64,000 nt of DNA. Origin: Trichoplax adhaerens. Taxonomy: Eukaryota; Animalia; Placozoa. The notes under the pieces were generated by a model that worked only from the letters and a program-made list of their open reading frames with translations, was not told the origin of the DNA and ran no database searches. Every line of letters starts with the position of its first letter. The stretch's first letter is position 1. The position numbers and the translations under genes are program-made. This document shows positions 1 to 12,806 of the stretch, in pieces. Where the stretch lies: positions 6,679 through 70,678 of the forward strand of contig NW_002060950.1 in the NCBI RefSeq assembly GCF_000150275.1, written 5' to 3'.

Positions 1-119
1 TACGGTACTGTACTGTACAGGTTCGAAACTATACTGCACTAACAGCAAACGGCAGTGCAGAACTTTACAAACGTTAGAAGATTTTTTTTAGAGTTGGGAC
101 ATCATTATTATATCGTGCT

Positions 120-860
120 ATGTCGGAAGCAGGCCCTCCACAACAGTTTCAAGGTTGGCAGCGTTATTTTAATTCCAGCACCATAGCTGGTAAAAGAAAT
201 GTAAGTATGGTACTGTATGTACGGTACATCTCATATTCTCATTTACGTTGTCACGTTACTGTACTGTGCTACCGCAAAATTTGTACATACCGAGCTCATT
301 TATATGGTAATACTCGATTGTTTTTGAACATAAACGTGCAATAGGGTTCGGTTAGGGTTACTAGCTAAAGGTTACACTGTTTTATACTTTTACACCGTAG
401 TAAAGTAGTAATTCTGAAATTAAAGTCTGACATCGCTTAGAAAGTTCGAAATAGTGTTATTATATACTGTAGTTCATCTGCTCTGTTCATGACTGGAGTT
501 TTACGGTAAGTGTCTCACTTTATTAGATCATTTAAATTTTGTTCTGCGGAAAGTTTATATCAAGATATAGAAAAGTAAATGGTAATGATCTTTAACTTAC
601 TACTAGTTAATTCGAAATATATCGAAGCTATAGAAATAAAGTTAATAATATTCGTGTATTGAACTTCTCAGTAGGCTAGTAATAGCTTATGTTGCTTGAT
701 CAATTTATAGTAAACGTGTGCATACGAGTATAAATGAATTACGCATATGTAACTATGGCAGATTTCAAGATTCTTAATATTCTGCTTGTAGATCGTTCTT
801 GCTACCTACGGAACTATCTTTGGATTCTATTGCATCTACCGTATGACTAAGAGAAAATAG
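120..860 (+). CDS. ATP5MK: ATP synthase membrane subunit K (DAPIT/USMG5), 2 exons (120-200, 792-860), 49 aa
   Basis: Splicing at GT 201 and AG 790-791 gives MSEAGPPQQFQGWQRYFNSSTIAGKRN|IVLATYGTIFGFYCIYRMTKRK*. This matches the DAPIT pattern (QFxG..YFNS.T..GR.N.VLATYG, one TM segment, basic tail). Confidence 0.93.
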
Positions 861-2307
861 TGCTCGGGTTGACATGGCGCATGGTCACTAATGGTTACGC
901 AACCCAAGGATCGTACATGATAAAAAGAAAAAAACGCAGCAGCCAAACTTAGCCAGCATAGATGATGCAAGATCATATATTTTAAATCGAGTAAATAATA
1001 TATTTATAATATAATCAAATTGCTATGTACCAATATACCAAATGTATGCGTGTTGTGGCTTTCTAAGATACTGTGATGAATGCTGGATTGGTGACTACGT
1101 ATTTAGCCGTAATGTTCTGGTTTTGCTGTACATGTTAAGATTACGTGATAATCATAATCGGTGGGGTTATTAAGTTTGCTGATAGAATTTGATGCTCTTC
1201 GAAAGTGTTACTGATTTATCAATGTAAACTTAACCTGTTAGCTTGCTTAGTAGTTATTCGGTAAGAGTATAAAATAAAAAGAGAGCGTTTTAATACATAT
1301 GGATTGTAGTTGAATTATCTTCATGTGTATTCACAACTATATATCTGCCTCGGCAATCTTTCTTTAAAACCATCAATGGTTATTATTATTAATTGTCTAA
1401 ATCGTGTGAGAACTGTCTATTATACATATTTGATTACTGATACAAATCTACTCCTGATCAGCATTTTATTTTGTTTTAGTGATAACATTCTTCTACTTAG
1501 TACACGGCTTTTTCATCTTCGATCTTGATTTCAGGAAGTCTAATTACGTCATATGAAGTATTTGTATTGACAAATTATAGTTTATGCATTAGTAATAATT
1601 GTTATTACGCCTAAATTATTCCTATGTGATAATTAATTAGCCATAGTTATTTTAGGTGTAATTAAGCGTATAAACTATATCATGCCTGTCACGACTGCAA
1701 GTTAAACTTAAAAAGATCTCCTTTACTTTCACGTTACCAACGAGTGGCCACAAATAGCAAATTACCAACGAGCAACTTAATGACTTATTCAAATTTAATA
1801 TAAGCAGAAGTCTCCCTTTCCTCTATCGTATCTCCTTTTTATATCATTACAGTTAATACATCAATACTCTATATTTGTAAGGTAAGTTAATAAAACCACG
1901 ACAACAGTAAATCCCACGAGCAGCGCGGGGGGTATTTATGCTACTGTTAGATGACTCTGATTATGGGTTCATTTCAATAGGTCAGTATAAGATTCTTACA
2001 GTACTTTTTACCTCAAGATTTCTTCATGTAAAACGAATAGCTCTAAGGTAGTAATTTCTACAGAGTACTGATTATTAAAATAGTATTCGTTATATCGTTA
2101 AGGGTGGCCACTGGGCCTTTAAATTTTGATTTGAGGTAATGCTCTGATGAAAATTGAATAAACATAGAATCTTTATAGAGTTTTCTACACAGTTATTTTG
2201 ATTGTTACATTTTCTTATGACGGTTGTTATCGACAGAGCAAGCTTTGCTTGCATACTCAATCGATCCTTAGACACATTATAATGATTGGTATAGTATTCA
2301 CCACAGC

Positions 2308-3030
2308 ACTAAGGACATTGTACCGCACTGTAGATATCTTACAGTACCTGCTAATCTTAACTTGGTATGTCCATCACCGTACATTAGTTATCATAATGCG
2401 CTTTGGATTATTAACTAATCTTAATATAGCATAGTACATTACTATTAGCGGGATATATAATATCGAATGATAATACTATCTGTTAATTTTATTAACAAAT
2501 AGAGCATAAACTTATATTTGACAGTTTCGCTTACCAACCTTAACATAGCATTAATACTGTATATAGTAACCATCCTTATTCGGTAAACATACTAATACGA
2601 AAGTTACTAGGAAATTTGAATTGGTATAGAAATGAATGATCTGTAGGGTTTATGTAAATATTATTGAGAAGGTATAAGTGATTGATACACATCAGTAGGT
2701 ACTATTAGCTCTATTGCTCTCATGCATTTCGTAGTGTTACCCTACTGTAGTTCCCCTGTCCCGGTTATTTTTGATTGCTATATATCATATAACAAAAAGT
2801 GTTTCTAAGAGGATAATGTCAGTTAGTCAGCGATCTGATAGGCGAAAGCGAAGTGAACAACGTGGAAATGTACGATCAGTACGTACATGAAATCAATCTG
2901 TTTTAAATATAGTAGTACCCGGCTATGACCGGGATATATATGATGTCGAATGGTAATACTATCTGTTAATTATTAATAAATGGGTACATTATCGTAAACC
3001 GTCAGCAAAGCGACGGGAGTTTGGACTAGT
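2308..3030 (+). mobile_element. Non-autonomous Helitron-like element (composite, internal duplication); 5' end uncertain
   Basis: 2308-2432 and ~2910-3030 are near-identical to 32332-32455 and ~32520-32642, and 2744-2826 matches 26346-26428. The 3' end is a CCGTC(A)GC-AAA-GCGACGG hairpin (2999-3016) followed ~10 nt later by CTAG|T, the Helitron terminus signature. Confidence 0.7.
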
Positions 3031-4424
3031 AGGTTTTAAAATATAATCTCACGACAGTAATTATCCCTAAAATGGTAAACACAACCAGTAATAATCCCTA
3101 ATATGGAAATAAACTGAACATAACAATGCCAATGTTTGTCATTGACTTATCCTAGCGTTTTAATGATCTTACTGTTCCACAGTAAATTGGACAGATATAA
3201 ATACTACATCAGTACTTGCGTAGAGCTCATCAGATGGGATATATAGTGTTACTATCACTGCGCACATTGAATATGTCCATTCAGCAGTTTTTAACCTTAA
3301 AATCGTATACAAAGGTCATTGCTTTGTGCTCCGCTAAACATTCTTGAAATTAATCAAGAGCTCTGGTACTATTTAAAGGATAATGCTAAAATTTTGCATC
3401 TACTAAGGATTCAGTGTCTTAATAACTTTGAATTTGAGATAAAGAGTACAGGAAATTTCAATGTAAATTTCATCTGATGTAATTTTGTATTAAAATTCTA
3501 ATTTATCACCTACACCTGTACACGAATAGACATGTAAAAAATAATAAAAATCGCAGGTGTAATTAGATACAGCTCAGATACCTTACATCAAGCGTCGGAA
3601 ATTTATAGTTACCACTTCAAACGTATGACATACACTATTTATTGTCACAATCTCATTTCGAAGTAATACTTTCAATACAACGGTGATCAGTATCGTATTC
3701 ATTATTAAGAGGTCCTTCCGTTTAAAAATCGCAGATACGAAGGTATCATACATTCGTGATATCGGACAATTAGGATTTCAAAACAGTCCGTTATTCATAC
3801 ATTAAATTTTATTTTATGTTCTGTAATTTGGTCTAGTACAGTGACCCGTGTGATTTAGGTCAAAGAAACTTCAACGACGTTCCGACAGTAAATTGGCAGT
3901 ATCTCAAGTCAAAAGAGGACTAGCGATATTGGCGCTTCATGGTTTTAATATACCATCATTTCTATCTAACTAAATCGGCTAAAAATGTTGATCTTTATTG
4001 GCTTATCTCCCCTAGGTGGTAAACTACAAAGGGAGAAATCTTGCTAAGTTATTCTAGAGTAAGTAGTGTAGCATATCGTGCACAAAAGCAGTGTTATTGA
4101 ATCTACATTTCCAGCAATTAATTATGAGTCCTCATACCGCATATCTATAATATGGGTTCAATTTCAGCTGCAACGTAAGAATTGTAACTCTTTATAAAAT
4201 TTTTAATTAATTAAACAAGGCAGGATTTAAGAGTAGTAAAATAAAAGTATGTAGATAATTTATTAATGTTAATACTAGATAGCACTGTAGCATTGCTGCG
4301 AATTTATAATATAAGTATATTTATAAGCAAGCAAGTTAGTAAGTCTGCTATTTATTTTTCAGATATCAAAAACAAGTCCATATGCTACAGACTGAGTCAG
4401 CTGTCAAAAATATGTGATAAAAAA

Positions 4425-6689
4425 TTATCTTGGGGAGTCATTTTCGTGGGATTCCAGCAATCGCTTTTTTGACATAAATTCTCTTTCATGCTCAAATTCG
4501 ATATTTGATTTTGGTAATAACCTCGAAACGTTTTGCCTAGCCTCGGTATCTGCAGGCAATATTTGATCAAATTCTTCGATATCACTGATATTATACTCAT
4601 CTATGTCATCGTCAGCTATAAATTCAATTTCCTAGAGGTATTTAAGGCGATAGCAGATAAGAAACAAATACTTTGTGAGTATATATTAAGATCTTAAGAT
4701 AGTATTTTACTTCTACTTCGTCGTCACTTTCTATTTCTTTTAGCTGATAAAGGGATAAAGAACAAAACATAAGCAAAAAAAACGAGTCTAAGATAGCTTT
4801 TATAAAGAAAATATAAATCATAAATATATCTTTCAAGGATAAAAATAACCTTATCCTCTTCCCTTATGTCCATCTCCTCACTATTAAGAGCACTTTCGAA
4901 AGCTTTCTCAGGAAAGTTATATATTTCTGCATACTAGTATCAAAGCGAAAAATACAGTATTAAAACTTGAAGAAAAAGGTAAGACAGGGGTATCATCAAC
5001 ATCACACTCTGAATCACTTACTGTTCCTTTTTGTAACCTTTCTAGTAATTCATTTTCAACCGCATTCTCAATTCGTGCAGCAATCAAGGCTTTCTCCTAA
5101 ACAACACACATTCTTAACTGTTTATATATTTCAAGATTTCACAGAGTCTTAAAGATTTTGATAACCTCTCGCTTTTTGTTCACGTTTTCAGCCTTCTTAC
5201 TGATGCCCACTAACACTTTCTGGCTACATATACATTGTAAGTTTGTGATTATCTTTTATTCGTCAATGTGAATATAGAAATTGTGCTATACCGAAATAAG
5301 GAGTGATGCAAATTTTTTTCTTACTTTGTTTTTAACTTCAGTTTTCTCATTTTGATAAGATACTATTCAATAAAAGAAAGTATATATTTCACTATCCACT
5401 TTATTAATTACAATAATGACCTTCCTGACATACTAAGCACCAAAATCAAAGTCACATACCTGGGTAATTTTTGTAAACCGTTGCTTGCACTTATGAATCG
5501 AAAAATTTGGCCAATACATCAAATTTTTATCAATCTGATAACAGCACCAACATATTGAATTATAATTTTGAGCTATCACATAATATAACATCGCAACAAT
5601 AGAAATTCTTGTACCACATTTAGAGCTTTCTCATAGTTTTTTGGTAGCTTTATTTTTTCCCACAGTTTAGCTGGTGAATGAGCTCGCTCAATAGTTTTTA
5701 TATATAAAAAGCAATTGCCTATATAGAAGAACAATCGTAAATTTACAATTTGTGTGACAGTCTCCTAGTTAGCTAGCTAGCTAGCCCAGAGATGCCTTCA
5801 TAAGCTACTGTTGTAGTATAAGTCTACATAGCAACAAAACAATCGAGTCAAGAAATCTAGCGACAAAACTCTACTTGAGCTGCAGTATAGTTCTTTTAAG
5901 TACAAAGGGCAGAAAATTTATGTTGAGGAGACCTGCTTTGCATTTTTATGCTATAAACGTTAAATTATAGTAATATATTATAGTACAAATGGAAGATGCT
6001 TAATAACCAACATTAGACGCGTCCAATCTAATTAATTACTAATATACAAATGCAAATATATATATATATATACTTGATTTATGAAATGATAACTAAACAT
6101 TCTTAACGGACTATACAAAATCAGACTTTGTTAATTACCGTTTAACTCCTTGACAGTGGCGTATCGGCTGTTCGCTAATGGGCATGATTGTCTATTACAT
6201 AATCCAGTTACATTATATTCATTACGACAGAAACTCTGCGCCTTTGTCCTAAAATATGAACATGCGCTCACTCCTAAGATCTCAACATTCGTACTGTATA
6301 TTCATAGCACATTTACATTCCGTCGAATTACATTTAGCTTAAAATGATAACTGATTAATTAGCATTCAACTTAAATTATATTATTCAAGAAAATCTGCAT
6401 AAACACGTTCTTGTTACTTATAAATAATTACTGGCTGTTACTGAATATCATTGGACATTTACTTTGCTTTAAATGAACAGAATCCGTTATTGATAACGCT
6501 CCATATCACCTATTTAAAGTATAAGAAAATACGAATAACCTTAGGTCTTTACTGAATATGACAAATTAACATATTACTGCGGCTCCAAATCTGAATACTG
6601 TACATTTTAACAATAATTATAATTATAACTAATCAATAGCAATACAGTATTATTTTGTGCAACTGTAACCTCACCTCATCATTCTGCAT
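4425..6689 (-). CDS. MAK16: Protein MAK16 homolog (60S ribosome biogenesis), about 10 exons
   Basis: Spliced translation reads MQNDE|[15 protein letters not shown]..|..[31 protein letters not shown]..|..[19 protein letters not shown]|YLIKMRKL..|[25 protein letters not shown]|YAEIYNFP.., then an acidic tail. ATG at 6689, TAA at 4425-4427, GT-AG introns. Confidence 0.95.
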
Positions 6690-6736
6690 GTTGCTCTGTA
6701 CAAACCTTCGCAAAATCAAATAAAAAAGCTTGCAAT

Positions 6737-7175
6737 ATACTGTACAGTACTGTACATATAGAAAAGCGAGTATGTACTGTACAGTAAACCTAAGAAGGGT
6801 ATATACTGTAAGTACTGATCTCTTATTGTCAAGAATTTGGTAGATTAACTAAGCACTGGTATAATACTGTACTGTACAGTACAGTGTACACTGTACTGTA
6901 CAGAATGGAGACTCGTGGGCATTCTAACTTACAGTAGTACTGTACAGTACAGTACAGTACCGTACTGTACTGTACGTTCACTAGTATCTCAACACCAATA
7001 TTTAGTTTTCGTGTACTCTACTACAGTATTTACTGTACTGTACTGTACTGTACGTTAGACCCTTCATACTGTACAGTACAGTACAGTACGGTATTGTGAG
7101 ACGTTTCAGCATACTGTACAGTGTACAGTGTACAGTACGAACTAGCTTTGCCCTTGCCCGGTACAGTACTGTATG
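6737..7175. promoter_or_regulatory. TACTGTAC/GTACAGTA repeat cluster in the putative bidirectional MAK16/BOD1-like promoter
   Basis: Dense mosaic of ACTGT/ACAGT pentamers between two divergent ATGs (6689 and 7284). The regulatory role is inferred from position only. Confidence 0.55.
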
Positions 7176-7283
7176 CCCGTGTAGACGGAGAAAAAGATCG
7201 TTCTTTAAGTTAAACTGCGATGACTGCACTGTATCCACAGTTAAAGAGCATTTATTGATATTTTAAAGTTTAAACCTTCGAAC

Positions 7284-10161
7284 ATGAAACCAAATATTGA
7301 TGTGACTCCGATCGTTACTAAAATCACAGCGTTTGTCAAATCTGAGGGGGTTTTTGATCAGTTTAGAAGGGATTGCAATGGTGATATAACTCAAATGGTA
7401 AGTCAGTAAAAATTGACATGACTGATACAGTATATATATATATATATATATACTGTACACTTGCAAGGTACAGCACAAATTTATGGTTCTACGCCTTCGT
7501 AAATCTTAAATCTTAAAATCAAACTTAATTTATGTTATGGGGGCAACTACCTTTATATAAAATTAAAATATAAAGGGTCTGAATCCAAAACTTTATGCAG
7601 AGTAATTACAGTATTGTATTGGTTAAGTGAAGTTCTCGATCAACCATATCTATTACTCTAGTATACAGTACGTGCAATATTACATCGTATAGTATAGGGT
7701 ATTATATATTTGGTACATCTTCGCTGTGCATTGTTAATAATATAATTACAGAATTTAATCCCATAGCTGTCATGAACTTATAGCTGCTATTTATGAAGGT
7801 GATATGCTATTCTTGTTCATGCGATAAATTCGGTTGCAGTTATGTAATATTCTACAGTGTATTCATTTGTTGTTTATTCGCTAGTACATAGATTAGTACT
7901 GTATTAGTTGTTGCGTTTAAACGTACTCGTATTACTGTACTGTACAGTACAGTAAAGCGAATCTTTGTAGTAACTGTGTTTAAGGTAAATAGTTAACATT
8001 TGAAAAATAACTACGTACTACCCGGAGACTACTACTAGCGTGCTAAGCCATGGCTACCAACTGTTATAAATATGAAGATGTGAAAGCAACTTTTTATATC
8101 TAACTTTATGGCATAACAGGATAAATATCGTCAATTGGAACACTTTGTACAAGAATATGTCAACGATTGGCTACTTAACGAAAGATGGACTGAATCTAGT
8201 AACAAGAACAAGCACAGAAACGATTTACGACAACAAGTGGATAGGTACTGCCATTCAAGAGCTCATATCTTATGTTTGCTGTAGTATGTTATTACTTCAG
8301 CTCGACAACCGAGTTGCTAAAACTTCCGTAGTGTCAGAACTATAGTGCGATATATTAAAAGTAATGTACTGTTAGTACCTATAGTTAGACTAATATCTAG
8401 TTCTACCGTGCTTAAAAGCTAAAGCTTTCATGGTCAAATAAATTAAGCAAAATGGATTATCTACGACGCATTAGTTTGATATAGTAGTTGACATTATTTT
8501 GAATATTTTGGCAACTGTAGATCGAACAAAGTCAAAGCAACATTGGATAGCATTATTTCATTGAATTTAAGATCAAGAATAGAAAATTTTCGATCACGGA
8601 TCGAGGATGTGGTTAGAGATTACATAAATAAAGAAGAAGAGCGAAAAAAATTACTTGAAAAAAAGGAGCAAGAAACCTGTAGTCCTGTAAATTCGATAAA
8701 GAATTTAGCGAATGATGAAGTAACTTTACTAAGCCAGGCTCAGTACAGCAAGATCCAATTGGAGCAGACTGCCAGGACGGCATTATTTAATAACGGTACT
8801 TCATCAAGTATTATCTCCGCTAGCGATCAAAATAGTGTAGCAGTTGCTACAAAAAGTCTTCAGGAAGGTAATAAAAGTAACCCAAGAAGTCAAATTGATA
8901 GCAATAAAACGATTTTAAAACATTCCATAGAAGATTCTAGAATGATTAGCAGGAATTCCTCGGAAGCGATTAGGAATACTATAAAAGTTTCAACGGAAAA
9001 TAAAGTTCTTGTTAAAAACACTGCTGGAGCTGCTAAGAACATCGTTTCGGAGAATAGTTTTAGACTTGGTGTACAAAGGTCTGTGGAGAATTTTAAGAGT
9101 GCTATAAAACCATGCTCAGAATGCATTACGCCTCCTGTGGGAAATTCTGCTGAAAACGCGAACTGCGTTGTGGAAAATTCTTTAGATAAAGAGAGCTCTA
9201 CTATGTTTAAAGTGACTAAGGGTACCCCTTTGGACAAGGACGTAAATGTTAGTATAATTCCAAGTGCTAAACAGATACCGTCATTTGTGGAAAATACTTC
9301 ACGGATTGGAATTGATATGAAATCGGATATACGAGTATTGCATGATACCTATTTTAATGATGATACACCTTCAAATAATATCGTAGAGAAGCGTCACAGC
9401 TCGGCTAAAGTACCTCATGACTTGACGGCTGCTTTAGTAACAACTGATAAACGTGATTTAGTTCAGGACGGCTATTCTAATCATGTTACAGAAACACCTC
9501 ATACCGAAGATATGGTATTAAATTTATCGCAGACTTCAAAATTGGACAAAACAGGCATACTTGTAGATATGAACATTAGGAATAAAGCTGCATTCAATTG
9601 TGGATTAGATGGGTATATAGCGCAAAGTACATATTCTGAAATTAAAAATTCAGAGAGCGGTAGTGAAAGAGAATCAGATAATTCTCTTTCTGGTATTTCA
9701 GAGCAAATTAGTTCGGTTCATACGAGTGACTTGTCTTCATTCAATGATGATATCAGCTCCATTTCATCTCCATCACTCAGCAGCTCAAATTCCGACGAAG
9801 AAGACGATATCATTACGGCATCTGAGACTGGAAGAAATTTATCAGTGCAACGGTAAAAATAGAGGTTGACTTCTGTATATTGTTTTACAACAAGATGGCA
9901 GATACTAAAATTTACAAATTAAATTCTAATAGGCAGAACGACGAATGCGTAAATCAATGTATAAGCAATCAATCTGACGCTATTAAAGGTAATAGATCAC
10001 GAAAGCAGTCCAAGATCACTGATTCAAGGACTAAAAGAAGAACGGGTCGGAAGCGTTTGCAACGATTGATTAATAACGCTAACGTAATTAGTGGTAGTCA
10101 AGCTAGAGGAATTATTACAAGGAGACGAAGTTCTGCGAGACTGGATAAATCCAGGAAATAG
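7284..10161 (+). CDS. BOD1: BOD1/BOD1L-like protein (N-terminal Shg1/COMPASS-associated domain plus long disordered region), 4 exons (7284-7397, 8120-8244, 8521-9852, 9933-10161), about 599 aa
   Basis: Exon 1 is MKPNIDVTPIVTKITAFVKSEGVFDQFRRDC. Exon 2 is DKYRQLEHFVQEYVNDWLLNERWTESSNKNKHRNDLRQQV. Exon 3 begins ..LDSIISLNLRSRIENFRSRIEDVVRDYI. These match BOD1 (KSxGxFDxFRRDC, W....NKNxxRNxLRQ). Intron phases are consistent and the C-terminus is basic and NLS-like. Confidence 0.85.
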
Positions 10162-12806
10162 TAATATTGTATACGCGTATGTCATCTACAATAGAAATAT
10201 ATGAGTTATTGAAGATGTGAAATAAAATTTTATGTAGAACTTTTAACTTAAACAACAATCGAAGATAGCCTAGCTTCATAAAGTGTCCAACAACTGTTTA
10301 TCCGGTTTTTAGATTTAGTGGATGTTGAGGCTGCGCTGGATTACGTACTCATCAGAAGTATTGACTTTTACTTTCACAAATATTAAATTTTTCTGTACAA
10401 TTAAAACTAAATGTCAGGTGAATTATTCGTAGTTCTAATAAAGTACAAAATCAGCTTACTGTATGATATTCTAAGCTCAGTTAAGGTATCGCTTTTATAA
10501 ATGTTATCGTATGAACATATTGAATAACTTATTAAGTTAACCACATGTATTGTTTTCCTTATTAGAAGCACTATTACTATAGCTTGAGACGTTCCTGAGA
10601 TAGAAATGTACTACCACTGACTTATCTATAGAAAATTAAACGATAACAATAAAATTATATCATAATGTTGTACATAAAATTCCTCAATACGTCTATATTG
10701 ATGAACGTTGTTATTGTCTTACATTCTCTGCGAAATTTTATATTTAGGAATTATAGTATATAGGAATCAGTTTTAGTCGTACGATTTCGGTACAATACTA
10801 GGATGTTTTGTAAATTTGATCTTGACGAGGATTTTTCTACTGAAGTTATGTAGCTACGGATCAGAGGCTAAAGAAAAAATTATAAATATCTATACTACAA
10901 AGTATTGCGATGTATAGCATTGGTAGTTGGACATAACAGCATGCTATCTCGTTATTTCAGTTTTTTTGACTGCAATAAATGACGCACGGCAAGCGTTGAA
11001 AATGATATCTAGCAACATTTACCCCATGGACGTACTTTTATAGATAACATAATTTTAGTAGGGTTTTGCTAAAAGGTTAGGATGTGTAATTCATATTTAT
11101 CTCAGGATAACTTATTAGTTATGCGTTAATTATACAGTTCGAAATAAAGTTTTAAGAACTATGTACAATGACTAACACCGATAGCGTAATTAGTATATCA
11201 ACACAACAATTTATTCATAAATACTGTAGCATTACTCGCTCAATTGATTGCTATGCGGTAACGCCGTTCACAAGTTATGATAACCTGCAGTGGAGCAAAA
11301 TAATAAATTTCATATGATACCAACATAAATTGACAGATTTAATGAGTTACTAACAGTAGAATCAGATATAGTCGACCAATAGAAAATGGTAACAAAACCA
11401 TAAGTAGTAAGACAATGTTAAATTACCGCGAATAGCACAGTATTACAGACTATGTGTATATGATCTATTCGCTTAAATTGATAACAGTTATGCATATTCA
11501 ACAGGAGAGCAGCATCTAATAAGTCAAGATAAAATAACAGCAAATCCTGCTCATTAATTAAGTTTAATTCCTTGCAATTACAGTGATATTGTTTATTGTG
11601 CAACCTACTATATCAAGAATAGCCATGGCTATAGATTGTTAATTTTGCAAGCAAATCGCATAATGGAAGATTCTAATGATAGGAGAGATATTCTTACAGG
11701 AGCATTTGTTAACGAACATTTGAAAGGGTAAACTAGGGAAGTGTCGCTCTCACAACATTATTTACGACAGTTTTAGAAATGTATGCTACAACTAGTGTTA
11801 TCTAGTAGCCTAAATTATGGTATAGGAAGTACAGCAAATGATTAACTTTCAATGGCTACTATTTTTTCATATATATGTGGGTCAATACAATATTAGAGTT
11901 TTTTACATTGCCGTGACATATAGATTAAGTACGGAATAATTACTTTAACTAAGATTTTTTTTGATGTAGCTGCATAGATGATATGATAACTTTCTGTATC
12001 TATCATTTTTCTGTTTCGCAGAGGGATTACAGTTAAATCTTTCTTCTTTGCATCTAACATTTAGCGATTATGTTATCGATTATACCAGTTTTGACAAATA
12101 TATGAGTATATACTCGTACGTATACTGCTTTTTTAATGACACAGTTGTGTAATTATTTGCAATCGTAGTTGTAAATATGCTTCAACAGATAAAACGCGGT
12201 GACGTATCGTTCTGCTAGTTCTTTAAATTATCTGCCGTTTAGCATCACTGTTAAGGGAGCGGCATGATACTTTACTGGTAATTATAATTAATTACAAATT
12301 TTTACGCACGCTACGCTTGCGAGGAAGGAGGGGGTACACGGATACACTTGTATAACTATTAATTTAGCATAGATTTTATTGGTCTAATCGCTCGCACTGC
12401 GAGCGGGTACCTACCTAAGTAAGTAAATAAATGCACTTATTCTTTAATATACGTGCTCGTACACGTTAAGCGCAGACACGTACGGTAATAGTCGATATGT
12501 GTAATACCATATTTGCCTTGGCAATATTAAATTTACATCTTAAAGCAAAAAGGCTAATTTTAACTTCTCTCCGGTAAATTTTGGATAATTAATTATACTA
12601 TATATGAACCATGTATAGGTTTAACAAACTATGCCGCTATTCACTTTTTGCAAAATCAGCTAATACACGATAAAGATACTGTAGTTAGTTGTTGCAATAA
12701 ATTTAGTTTAAGGATGCTCAAGCAATTTCTACATATTAAATAAATCTTTTATTGTTGAATGCTAGAATTTTAATCGCTTTAACCACTTAGTAACATCCAT
12801 GGAGAA

